Below, piece after piece: positions 51,001 through 58,694 of a stretch of DNA of 64,000 nt. This stretch comes from an uncultured Thermococci archaeon (GTDB lineage: Archaea > CAYQAE01 > CAYVLA01). Every line of letters begins with the position of its first letter. Within the stretch, counting starts at the first letter, position 1. The stretch spans positions 1 through 64,000 of the forward strand of contig CAZJVP010000088.1 in the NCBI GenBank assembly GCA_964549615.1, in the 5' to 3' direction. The notes under the pieces are model-generated. The model saw only the letters and a program-made list of their open reading frames with translations. It was not told the DNA's origin and did no database searches. The position numbers were made by a program, and so were the translations under genes.

Positions 51001-51289
51001 GAGGCTGCTCCTGTACGTCACCGGCGAAGACGGCGACCAGGTGACCACATACGTGTACCTGGTTCGGGTCGAGAAATACATCATAAACCAGTACTACCGC
51101 AGGTACTTTGAGATGACGGACAGGCCGCTCACCCACATCTTCCTGTATTCGGACATGTACAGGGTCGGATTCATCGACTCGGTCATCTTCAGGGATATCC
51201 CGAGGCTGCGTCTCAACAGGTTTGAGGATGTCGTCTTCGACAACGGCGACGATAAGCTGATCTACGTGGCAAGAAAGGACTGGCCATAG
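45050..51289 (+). CDS. 2079-aa MacB/FtsX-type permease with about 11 inserted Ig-like repeats and a C-terminal GT-C-like membrane domain
   Basis: TM1 plus MacB-like domain (GRWL, LARKLGL, IVGIF); repeats PPxI...PxxP...VxI...D...AxDxxGN; KREIGIVRTLGG; then IRLYP...FDPDSWLH...PGL...KEALG...THHLT multi-TM domain. Confidence 0.8.
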   Translation: MRVFPRRRMWLSLVGILVCAVLFFGILSVIYWLRFSSSAYFGEARDIYVLARNRSATVKQSQIPLALAPALAKMPGIEVVSPELFIYGVLNDKAVIVRGIYPYDFQRLESLRVIQGRWLNEKDIMGAVAGYNLARKLGLRVNDIYVLSGSEVDDFLTIQIVGIFRTGGMIDDDLLLNMKYARFLQQETPEGYASIIRVKANTTIWPTVDSIWKAISGPPAVSSLRYLPERPNNTERLVIACEAKAYSEIGSVILQYNKSGSKTVNQKTMEMVGPATYRTEIGPVKDSSWILMWAKAVDVLGHESCTDPVNVSVTDALGPDIFDVDVQPPPPQTKDDDLTVSFKAIDSSELVKNVTVYAYSAGRNISVALPDSSGGPYVAQIGRFEPGQLLVWISAKDRFDNPSLTGFYTYRILNRTDQSAPEISDILYVPMPPYDNSTVNITVRIRDDSNITIARIMYDFQLRGTHFNATLALNRSAEKDLWTATLGPFPGATNVHLKVYAQDEFGNAGYSQPKELSIRYSEPPEEFFVYRFPFASIPGINNLLFMYLYDASEIARVDVTFYDRGMWRNLSIPVNVTTFRDPLLLGRLIAGTKLYSVAMTDAKNQTTRTPVAGQNSFLVSKQPPSAYSIVYPARVLPGEYVAVSFNVSSLFPISRVYVTDSRDVIVPGNWTGSKYVSRLGPYWRPGQYSFVVTVEDFAGNVYRSPQMQLTVLESAIQDIDFSPNPPILGENLTVTCRIVGDSPGASVDLIAPMGAKNPRTPMSMQGSLRSATITIDQPGVIAFSIEARIGNEIYRSETQRIVVASFETSLFTAHRPSYPTSTDGVVIQIRCRDAEQIYAVILNWTNGTYGKREIWTPRTPYFAVDFRPGTQTSDVLYRLEIHGSKGVIRYPDAMNEWITVPIARNLFDPPEIKGYALAPQTYINLAGARPSDFLIAASCDVADVEGLSKVWIEYKVGETSYADPLFPSADPYAAFAGRYVAYLGPFPLNTTITARMLATDIAGKTSSTPYFEYTLTDNQPPDITQVYHDPLNPNPSQEVTIGCEVTDDSGVKEVLLVVNETRGEYSERMNKYGNKYTLRIVSPSAGQTISYSIRATDNYGNSNQTAWLSIRSVDINPPEISEVIQVPAQPTDKQTVNITVVLIDWEDAIQNVTLLWYQYTWKQKTQEGGKGWLTRTFTINASELEPGIDVRYKIEAYDRSGNKAVYPKILQPESVARTLAHLGQRGLEPYLTFRVIDRTPPSLHLEFSPSEPNELQTVTFSIRASDNHLLRNVTLVLFVDEDDRGYRWVMGRPSFEEEVSSGPLRAGGTVVCYLEAYDHSGNHARYPDSWNLSIPVKILQWGGLIARIDPTVNVEVSGPASFSEDMARQGAGKIVASINGILFMTFLATIAGIGNIIYSSIYKSKREIGIVRTLGGSKKFVTLLVTCVTVLIGFFAGLMGCGIAYLLMVVLSRLGASLAWVTLRPTFDLLVFGATVAASVTISVFGGLVALGRLFSYTPIESIRKLVPPAPKEREPTYIENTKAFSTKTIAVLLLLIVPAAAMIRLYPTRISGMPFDPDSWLHLQAAKDMAISHQIRLDYDSRELQAVSALPGLNILLLFAQQLTGTQLLPARLLTPLASSLGLLFAFALARRVSRSALAGAVACLVLAFAGFYSNRTAALTKEALGLQLLLFCLLLLYVGRQLRSAKLKGLTFLASVALALTHHLTAIYFLLILVGYLALVNLLSYSRGTLDRQEARQDVLLFTAVLISFMIITLTLGKYETKMPLQDALLIISLFYVVIGFGRLLLSSAFMNRHRRMITLMSAGAMVAFPILAHRAGLFSYAPWEQFMPMLAPHLVLLAIAVLGLFPVSILSEEQKAFLLAWISAVLPFVLFGVVKRDILGYILLFRNIAYGYQLAALMLAIAVVYAYKRFESGRPTRLRRLAIAIGIILLICDMGLASYMGFLSQDYELKDLYYPREMSAALKVNASTLRGQLVGADERGRRLLLYVTGEDGDQVTTYVYLVRVEKYIINQYYRRYFEMTDRPLTHIFLYSDMYRVGFIDSVIFRDIPRLRLNRFEDVVFDNGDDKLIYVARKDWP

Positions 51290-51300
51290 GGGGCCTGCGG

Positions 51301-52101
51301 GTGAGCAAGAGATTCGCTCTGAGGGTTGACATCGACACCGTCCGCGGGCTTTTGGACGGAGTCCCCCCGCTGCTCAGAATCTGCGAGGACCTCGACATCA
51401 GGGCGACATTCTTCGCGACGGTGGGAACCGACACGACGGCAAGAGCCTTCCTCGTCGCCCCTCGGCTTCGCAGGCATAAGGTGATCAACCCGCTGTCGAA
51501 GTACGGGCTGCGCGAGTTGCTGGGATCTACGGTCGGACGAAGATTCTCGCCTCATGCCGAGAGAATCCGGGCCATCGAGAAGCAAGGACACGAGGTCCAG
51601 CTCCACTGCTACAACCATCTCGAGTGGGTCAGGAAGATCGGGCATGCCGATGTGCCGACGGCCCTATCCATGATCAAACGGGGCGCGACAGCCTTTGAGA
51701 CCATCATGGGCAGACGCCCGGAGGGGTTCGCATCACCCTCGTTCAAGGTGACCGACGCGGTCTTGGATGCGGAGGAAAAGCTCGCCTTCAAGTACGCAAG
51801 CGATTACAAGACGGAGGGCCACGGGCGCCCCTTCAGGCAGAACGGGCGATCCGTGCTCCAGATACCCGTGAACACGCCCTTGATCGAGGACCGGGTCGCC
51901 GAGGGCGTGCCCGACGATCGCATACTCTCCGAGTTGGTGGGGATCATCAAGAACAGCTCCCTCACCGTAATGTATATCCACGCCTGCTACGAGCCGCTCC
52001 TGAAACCACAACTCCTGCGCTCAGTGCTCCAAGGCGCCTTGGGACTCGCGGAGAGCGTCACCTTCACGGAGATCTGGCGGGATTGGAATCCATCAGAATA
52101 G
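51301..52101 (+). CDS. Polysaccharide deacetylase family, ArnD-like deformylase/deacetylase
   Basis: LRVDIDTVRG..DGVPPLL, ATFFATVGTD, KYG and HEVQLHCYNH closely parallel the ArnD N-terminus as I recall it (LRIDVDTxRG..EGVPRLL, FFSVGPD, HEVGLHAWDH). Confidence 0.8.
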   Translation: MSKRFALRVDIDTVRGLLDGVPPLLRICEDLDIRATFFATVGTDTTARAFLVAPRLRRHKVINPLSKYGLRELLGSTVGRRFSPHAERIRAIEKQGHEVQLHCYNHLEWVRKIGHADVPTALSMIKRGATAFETIMGRRPEGFASPSFKVTDAVLDAEEKLAFKYASDYKTEGHGRPFRQNGRSVLQIPVNTPLIEDRVAEGVPDDRILSELVGIIKNSSLTVMYIHACYEPLLKPQLLRSVLQGALGLAESVTFTEIWRDWNPSE

Positions 52102-53255
52102 CCCTGATATACGAGCTCGGACCGACCGACGACGGGTCCTTCCTCGGCGGAATAGAGTCGCACATCCTAGGGCTTGCCAGGGAGCTTGCCAGAGAGCATG
52201 AAGTAACCCTGCTGACCGGAATGATCCCCGGAGCGAGGCGCAGGACGCGGATGGATGGTTTCACCATCGTAAGGTGCGACGCGCTCGGGCTTTTGGCGCG
52301 GACCTGGAACCCGACAAACCTGACGAATGCACGCCAGCTATTCTCGATCCCCACATTCTCTGCGGGCGGGCTCAATGTAGATGCGGACATCTACCATGGC
52401 CACGTGTATGCGTCAGGCCTCGTCGCCCTCGTTCTAGCGAGGCTGCGGCGAGCACGCGCCATCAACACGATTCACGGATCCTACTATGAACACTGGCATG
52501 AGATCACCAGCTCAACGCTCAAGTCGACGGCATACAGGGTATCCGAAAGGGTCCTTGCGACCTTCCTTGCTAAACGATGCCATCGGCAGATTCATACCGC
52601 AACGGATTTTGCGGAGAAGGTTAGGATCTGGAGCGGCGCGCATGAGAAGATCAAGGTCATCCTGAATGGCGTTGACGCCGACAGGTTCTCGCCGGACGTT
52701 GAGCCCCTGCAGCGCTATGAGCGGCCAGTCGTCATGACCGTTCGGAGGCTGGTGCCCAAAAACGGCGTGCGCTACTTCGTCGAGGCCCGGCGGCACCTAG
52801 CAACAGATGCCCAGTTCGTGGTCGTCGGCGACGGCCCTGAGAGGCCGGCCCTCGAGAAGCAGGCACGGGACCTCGGACTGTCGGGCAAGGTAAGCTTCCT
52901 TGGAGCAGTTCCCAACGATCGGCTTCCCCGCGTGCTGGCTTCAGCGGACGTCGTTGTCGTGCCGAGCATCGTGGAGGCATCCAGCATCTCGCTATTGGAG
53001 GCCATGGCCATGGAGAAGCCGTGCGTCGTGACCAACATCCCGGGCATCGACGAGGTGGCCAGTCCCGATAGGACCCTAATGGTGCCTGTGGCGGATCCCC
53101 GGGCGATAGCTGGGGCCGTCGACATCCTGTTGACCGACCCCTCGGCCCGGGCTTCATTGGGCAGAAAGGCAAGACAGTACGTCGTGTCCGAACGGTCCCA
53201 GAGAATCGTTGCCCGGCAGACCCTGGCAGTCTATAAAGAGGCCCTCGGGTGCTAG
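52083..53255 (+). CDS. GT4 (GT-B) glycosyltransferase
   Basis: GGIESH, TIHG, NGVD, RRLVPKNG, VGDGP and ExxxxxxLEAMA motifs. Confidence 0.92.
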   Translation: MESIRIALIYELGPTDDGSFLGGIESHILGLARELAREHEVTLLTGMIPGARRRTRMDGFTIVRCDALGLLARTWNPTNLTNARQLFSIPTFSAGGLNVDADIYHGHVYASGLVALVLARLRRARAINTIHGSYYEHWHEITSSTLKSTAYRVSERVLATFLAKRCHRQIHTATDFAEKVRIWSGAHEKIKVILNGVDADRFSPDVEPLQRYERPVVMTVRRLVPKNGVRYFVEARRHLATDAQFVVVGDGPERPALEKQARDLGLSGKVSFLGAVPNDRLPRVLASADVVVVPSIVEASSISLLEAMAMEKPCVVTNIPGIDEVASPDRTLMVPVADPRAIAGAVDILLTDPSARASLGRKARQYVVSERSQRIVARQTLAVYKEALGC

Positions 53256-53628
53256 GCCCGCGAAAGCAGCAGTGCCGCGAGTATGCCGAGCGCTATGCCC
53301 GCTGAGACCCTGATGCTCAGCCTTCCGCCCAACGCCTACAGGCACAGCGCCGCAAACACCACGTTCCCCAGCACCATCACGAGGTTGAGCCCAACAATCC
53401 CGGCACATCGTTGGAGAGAAGCGCCAGATCGAATGCCAGGACGAGCAACCCCATGGCCAGAACGCTCTAGACGTACGGGTTTCTCGCCAGAGAGGCGATG
53501 TAGGACCCCTCGAAAAACCCGGGCAGGTCGGTCCTCTCCAGCCGCGAGGCTGCCACCTTGTGAAGGAAGGGGTTCGCACCGCTGAGCAGCCCCGCCGCGA
53601 TCGCAAAGAGCAGTATCCTCGTTTCCAA
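53252..53628 (-). pseudogene. Disrupted small EamA/DMT-type (ArnE/ArnF-like) membrane protein
   Basis: Reconstructed METRILLFAIAAGLLSGANPFLHK...ARNPYV*SVLAMGLLVLAFDLALL, frameshift, then NLVMVLGNVVFAALCL*ALGGRLSIRVSAGIALGILAALLLSRA*; TAG at 53467-69 and 53336-38. Confidence 0.6.
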
Positions 53629-53633
53629 GATGC

Positions 53634-54404
53634 CTACCCCGCAGCAGGGATCGGAGCGCCGGCCTCGGCCACTCGGACCTTGCGATAGACAAGGAACCAA
53701 AATATGAAGATCCAGCCTATGAAGAACACGAAGCCGAAGTAGTCGTGGAAGGTCTTCATCGCGTCGAATCCGACATGGACGGTTATGAGGCACAGAACCA
53801 CGATTCGTACTATGTTCGCCGAGTAGGTGCCTATCGCCCCCACGGCGAAGTACACAGCACCCATCCGCCTGCTCACCCGTTTCCGCAGGTCCACAAGCAT
53901 CATGGCGAAGAAGGCCAAGAAGAGGAACGAGGAGTGTATGCCCGAGCATGCCTCGGTCACCTGAAGCGTCACCGGGGTCGAGTAGTCCGGGGCGGAGAGC
54001 ACTATCTCGTTTCCAGTGCCCGAGAAGGGCAGCCCTATGAGTTTGAGGACGGACCTTGAAAGGTACATGACATTGCCGAGCCACACCTTTCCAAAGGGGG
54101 TCTCCAGGATGTATTTATCGAAGCCGATCGTTATGAGGAAATAGAACACCAGGACGGGCGTCACGAAAAAGTAGAGGAGTTCCTTGTACCGTAGCAGCGC
54201 TTCGTATTCCGAAGACAGGTAACGATAGGCCAGGAAGAGCGATGCGATACCCGTGAAGACAAGCCCGGTTGCGATCGTGAGGCTGACGGACCGGAGCCTC
54301 TGGAACAGCAGGTAGGCTGCAAGTGCCACGCCCACGTACACGTAGCCCAGGATCGCTCTCGGCGCTAAGGAGAAACTGGACCTGAGGCGGGAGGAATACT
54401 TCAT
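53634..54404 (-). CDS. Exosortase/archaeosortase family protein
   Basis: Multi-TM; catalytic triad motifs VTEACSG (Cys), NIVRI (Arg) and FHDYFG (His). Confidence 0.9.
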   Translation of the reverse strand: MKYSSRLRSSFSLAPRAILGYVYVGVALAAYLLFQRLRSVSLTIATGLVFTGIASLFLAYRYLSSEYEALLRYKELLYFFVTPVLVFYFLITIGFDKYILETPFGKVWLGNVMYLSRSVLKLIGLPFSGTGNEIVLSAPDYSTPVTLQVTEACSGIHSSFLFLAFFAMMLVDLRKRVSRRMGAVYFAVGAIGTYSANIVRIVVLCLITVHVGFDAMKTFHDYFGFVFFIGWIFIFWFLVYRKVRVAEAGAPIPAAG

Positions 54405-54453
54405 CCTGCGCGGATGGCATAGGGATGGCTGATAAATGGCTCGAGAATCCTCG

Positions 54454-55347
54454 TCAGTCCCCAAGGGGCAGAGCCGGATAGAGCAAGGCCGCGCAGAAGC
54501 TCAGTGCGATTGCGGGGAAACCCAGGCATACCACTAGGGGGATGTCGGTTCTCGGCAGCGTCCCGGCGGAGACGATCTTGGCGATCTGGTGCTGGGGGGC
54601 CGGGCCGGGCGCCTGGCTTAGATAGGAGAGCATGGAGACCATGGAGTCGTACTCGAGGGGATAGGGTAGATAGCCAGGCCCGCCCTGGAGGAAGACCCTC
54701 ACAGGCTCCGGCATGGACCCAAACCAACTCGTCGAATTGACGGCATCGCGGCAGTCCCTGATGCTGATCGCCTGATCGCGCACCCTTCCTGCAACTGGCT
54801 TCCATTGGCGTGAGAATACCATGTCGTCCACCACGATGTAGAGCTCGGAATGGATGTGCACGTACGTTTTCGGCATGTAGACGTAGCTTGATGCCGAAAC
54901 GACCGATCTGATTGCTATCAGGCAGGCCACGATGACGCAGAAATAAGTTAGATCCCGCCACAGGATGTGCCACCCGGAAGATGGTTCTGAGCGAAGATAG
55001 ACTATCATAACGATCGTCAGGCCCAGCCCGAGCGCAAGGACGGTTACTGGGGGATCCAGAATTCCGTCGCCCAGACGGAACCTTTGGCTCGCGAGGTTGA
55101 GCGCATCGTGAAAGAGGAAGAGGTTGAAGATCGGCCCGGTGTCCAACTTCCGGTCGCCGAAGAACCTGGAGGCCTGCGGAAGGACGGCCAAGATTCCCAT
55201 GACGAACATGAGCGTAGCGATCTCGAGGCCAGTCACGCTCGATTTGGGCAGCCCCCGCCTCCGCCTGGGCATTTCGATTCCAAAGGCGACGATGCAGCCT
55301 GCCAGCAGAGCGCCGAAGAGAAAATGCCCGGCAGGGTGCATCGCCAA
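54454..55347 (-). CDS. Hypothetical membrane protein with YdjM-like (metal-dependent hydrolase-like) N-terminus
   Basis: MHPAGHFLFG...AVLPQ...FLFHDALN; several TM helices, extracellular loop, C-terminal TM. Confidence 0.55.
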   Translation of the reverse strand: MAMHPAGHFLFGALLAGCIVAFGIEMPRRRRGLPKSSVTGLEIATLMFVMGILAVLPQASRFFGDRKLDTGPIFNLFLFHDALNLASQRFRLGDGILDPPVTVLALGLGLTIVMIVYLRSEPSSGWHILWRDLTYFCVIVACLIAIRSVVSASSYVYMPKTYVHIHSELYIVVDDMVFSRQWKPVAGRVRDQAISIRDCRDAVNSTSWFGSMPEPVRVFLQGGPGYLPYPLEYDSMVSMLSYLSQAPGPAPQHQIAKIVSAGTLPRTDIPLVVCLGFPAIALSFCAALLYPALPLGD

Positions 55348-55447
55348 GAACCCCCTCGATCAACTCATTAATCTTTCACCCGCCCAGGAGGCAGCCGCAC
55401 AGGCGTCTGGCCTGCCGCTTCCCCTGTAGGTACGGTCACCGACTGGC

Positions 55448-57208
55448 TCACACGACGCGATAGCAGTAGTTGAAACGTCCGTTTGGGGCCGCATCGCCGT
55501 TCAGGGTGAAGTCCTCGATGCTGTCCTCCTCTTGGAAGTTGTCGGCCCACTTGAACTCGAACTCCAGCGGCACGTCTCCGTCGGGCAGCCCGAGCGCCCG
55601 GCGAGGAACGGCGAGCATGAGCTCATTGTCCCTCGCCCGAAAAGCGACCTCTGAGGCAACTTGCCAGTTCCACCCATGTTTGGTGACCTCCAGGAAGCTT
55701 GTGGTTGCATCCTTGATTCGACGGTTCACCGCAAAGTCGTATCCCTCCCAACCGGTCCTGTGGTTGCGGTCGATGTCCAGGAAAAGCACCATCCAGTTTG
55801 GGTCGGTATGCGGCGTAATGGCCTGCTTCGTCCGCGCGTAGAAATAGAGGAAATGATCGTCCCGCGCCACCTTGAGTGCGACGAAGTCGTTGCGGCCCGT
55901 CTCGTTCACGTACCGGGTCACCGTGTTGTAGCCCGGATGGTCTCGGTGGAATGTGTCCCCAATATCGTCCCGATACTCCGGCCCCACCTCGTCCCACTGC
56001 GAGAAGTCTCCGTCGAGGTCGATCGTCTTCGGAGCAGAGGCCGTGGGGATGGGCCGGACGCCCTTGAAACGGCGGACGTAGCTGACCATCTGGTAGTAGT
56101 AGTTGTCGCCATGCCCACCCCTCATCGGCTCTATGTCCCGGCTGTTCTCCTGGTTGAAGGTATCCACGAACATAACCGGCATCCTCACCCCCAAGAACTC
56201 GTTGAACCTTCCCCCAAACCACTCGTTCCAGCCCGTCACGAAGACGAACTTCGGATCCTGCTCAAGCGCCCTTTCCCACTGCTCAGCGAAGTTGAGCCCA
56301 TGGAGCACGGAGTCGGGGTCGGTTGAATGCTGGCCGCGGTGGAAGCTGCGACCCAGCGCACCGGGCTCGCTGAAGGTACCCAGTCTCAGTCCCTTCGAGT
56401 CCTTCACCGCGTTCTGGGCAACGCCGACCGTCATCTCTTCCCGCTCACCTCGGTCGTTGTAGAACACGTGCTGCGGATAGACCTCAAGCCACCCCCACAT
56501 GTTGGGCTCGGTCGGCCCGGCAAAGTAGTCCGGCTGCGGCCGGCGGAAGGTGAAGAAATCCAAGAGCTCCGGGTTCACCTGCTTCGGGTTGGCCAGAATC
56601 AGCGGCTTTCCCTCCCACCGGAACCATAGCTCCTCGTAGAGACCCCTGGAATAGAGCTCGTCATAGAGTTGCTGCACCGTGCTTGCCGGATCCCAGAAGG
56701 GTGCAAGGAACGCAGCATAGGGCGTCCTGTTTCCCTCCCGCCGGACCTCAGTCAGGACGTCAAAGAGTGCCGTGTAGTTTTGCTTGTAGGTGATCTTGTT
56801 GCTCGTGTCGAAGATGAGCGTGTCGACGCGAGCATCGGCAAGCATCTGGGCATGTTTGCGCAAGACCCACTTGTCATCCCCGAGGTAATAGCCAAAGAGC
56901 GGCTCGCCCCAGTGGTGTGGGGCATGCAAAGGGCCCCACAGGGGGCTGTCGCCCTTCTTCATCGCCTCCGGGTCCTGGCGAAGAATCCTAGTGATGTCAT
57001 AAGGGCCGCCGGCGACATGCGCGCCGTGCCAGAGGAAGTAGAAGATGCCCACCCAGCGATCGGGCCGGGGCGGCCCCACTTCCTCGAATGTCGGGATCCT
57101 TCGCCCCAGGCCATCCGTACCAACCCAGGTGTCGCTGAAATTGTCCCAACTAGCACCGCATTGGCTCACTTGAATTCCTCTTTCATCCGATCCACATGTG
57201 CGGGTCAT
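55448..57208 (-). CDS. Putative glycoside hydrolase (GH99/GH71-like TIM barrel plus beta-sandwich)
   Basis: VGIFYFLWH, WGEPLFGYY, HAQML, WEGKPL, VTGWNEW and RDIEP motifs. Confidence 0.7.
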   Translation of the reverse strand: MTRTCGSDERGIQVSQCGASWDNFSDTWVGTDGLGRRIPTFEEVGPPRPDRWVGIFYFLWHGAHVAGGPYDITRILRQDPEAMKKGDSPLWGPLHAPHHWGEPLFGYYLGDDKWVLRKHAQMLADARVDTLIFDTSNKITYKQNYTALFDVLTEVRREGNRTPYAAFLAPFWDPASTVQQLYDELYSRGLYEELWFRWEGKPLILANPKQVNPELLDFFTFRRPQPDYFAGPTEPNMWGWLEVYPQHVFYNDRGEREEMTVGVAQNAVKDSKGLRLGTFSEPGALGRSFHRGQHSTDPDSVLHGLNFAEQWERALEQDPKFVFVTGWNEWFGGRFNEFLGVRMPVMFVDTFNQENSRDIEPMRGGHGDNYYYQMVSYVRRFKGVRPIPTASAPKTIDLDGDFSQWDEVGPEYRDDIGDTFHRDHPGYNTVTRYVNETGRNDFVALKVARDDHFLYFYARTKQAITPHTDPNWMVLFLDIDRNHRTGWEGYDFAVNRRIKDATTSFLEVTKHGWNWQVASEVAFRARDNELMLAVPRRALGLPDGDVPLEFEFKWADNFQEEDSIEDFTLNGDAAPNGRFNYCYRVV

Positions 57209-57443
57209 CGCCCCATGGCCGCATATCGCCCAAAGGCGGAATGATTCTTCTTTCTTGCCTTACGCCCTCGCCAACCGTCAATCCGAGTCTGGTTCGGCAA
57301 CGAGGAACGTTCGCACCGCCCCCAGTCGATCAGGGATACCGGCCCCTCCGTTGGGGCCCTGACCTGCCGAGCGCGGACCGCTCTGATCCAAGAAGGTGAC
57401 TCCAGACACATTTAAGAGAATTTCCGGCCGAGCGCCACGGGGA

Positions 57444-58694
57444 ATGGATTCCAACAAGGTCGTTGTGATCGGGCTGGGAAGGATAGGGCTTCCGAGTGCT
57501 GTCTGCTTTGCCCAAGCTGGTTTGGACGTCGTCGGTGTCGATGTGGACGAGGCCAGACTGAGAAGCATACAGGCTGGAGAGGTCCATCCCCTAGAGCCCG
57601 GTCTCAAGGACGCTGTCGCAAGTTCCATCAGTTCGGGTAGGCTTCGGCTCTCCACCGCCCCCGAGCCAGCTGACGCGTTCGTCCTCTGCCTGCCCACTCC
57701 TCTGGACGAGGACCAGCACTGTGACCTCACCTACCTGGGCAAGGGGCTCGATGAAATTGCCAAGGTGATCCGACCGGGAAATCTCATCGTCATCGAAAGC
57801 ACGGTTCCGGTCCATACGACGCGCGACTTCGCGCTACCCCGGCTGAGGTCGGCGGGCGTCGACATCGACTCCGTGCTAGTTGCCTACGCCCCAGAGCGGA
57901 TCACGTCCGGAAACATGCTTGAGGAAATGCGCAAGGGCGACAGAATCATCGGCGGCATCACCAAGGCGGCCGCAGAGGCGGCGAGGGACCTGTACAGGGC
58001 CTTCGTATTAGGCGAAATCCTGCTGACCGACGCCTCCACCGCCGAGCTTGTGAAGTTGATCGAGAATACCTACAGGGACGTGAACATAGCCCTGGCCAAC
58101 GAGATCGCCCTGTTCTGCGACAAAGAAGGACTGAACGTCTGGGAGGCGATCGCCCTCGCAAACCGGCACCCGAGGGTGAACATACATACCCCAGGCCCTG
58201 GGGTTGGAGGCCACTGCATCCCCGTTGTGCCCCACTTCCTTGCCCAGGCAACAAAGCATAGCACGCTCATCCTTGCAGCCCGCCAGGTCAACGACTCGAT
58301 GCCTAGGTACATCGCGAACCTCATCCTGAGGGAGGTCGCCGATCTGGAGAAGCCCAAGGTCGCGCTCATGGGCGTCGCATACAAAGCGAATGCGTACGAT
58401 CCCGTTAACAGCCCAGCCCTTCAGGTACGCGCATTCTTGGAGAAGGAAAAGCTGGAGCTTGTCCTCTGCGATCCACTGGTCCGCCAGACCGACCTTCATC
58501 TGGTCGACATTCCGGAGGCAATCGCCTCGGACTGCGTGGTATTCCTCGTGCCCCATAACGTGTTTAGACAGATCAAGCCGGGCAAGCCAGTCAGGGGCAG
58601 GGGCACCGTCATAGATGCCGGAAACTGCATAGAGGCCGAGCAATGGGCGTCCCGGGGCTGGACGGTCAGGGGCTTTGCCAGGGGCAGGCACTAG
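57444..58694 (+). CDS. Nucleotide-sugar dehydrogenase (UDP-ManNAc/GlcNAc dehydrogenase, WecC-like)
   Basis: GLGRIGLP, LPTP, IESTV, PER, KLIENTYRDVNIA, PGPGVGGHCIP and AYKAN motifs. Confidence 0.9.
   Translation: MDSNKVVVIGLGRIGLPSAVCFAQAGLDVVGVDVDEARLRSIQAGEVHPLEPGLKDAVASSISSGRLRLSTAPEPADAFVLCLPTPLDEDQHCDLTYLGKGLDEIAKVIRPGNLIVIESTVPVHTTRDFALPRLRSAGVDIDSVLVAYAPERITSGNMLEEMRKGDRIIGGITKAAAEAARDLYRAFVLGEILLTDASTAELVKLIENTYRDVNIALANEIALFCDKEGLNVWEAIALANRHPRVNIHTPGPGVGGHCIPVVPHFLAQATKHSTLILAARQVNDSMPRYIANLILREVADLEKPKVALMGVAYKANAYDPVNSPALQVRAFLEKEKLELVLCDPLVRQTDLHLVDIPEAIASDCVVFLVPHNVFRQIKPGKPVRGRGTVIDAGNCIEAEQWASRGWTVRGFARGRH

Noticed and set aside
53336-53469. Pyrrolysine or amber readthrough at two in-frame TAGs
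   Set aside because: A frameshift lies between them, TAG is a common true stop in this window and no pyl genes are visible
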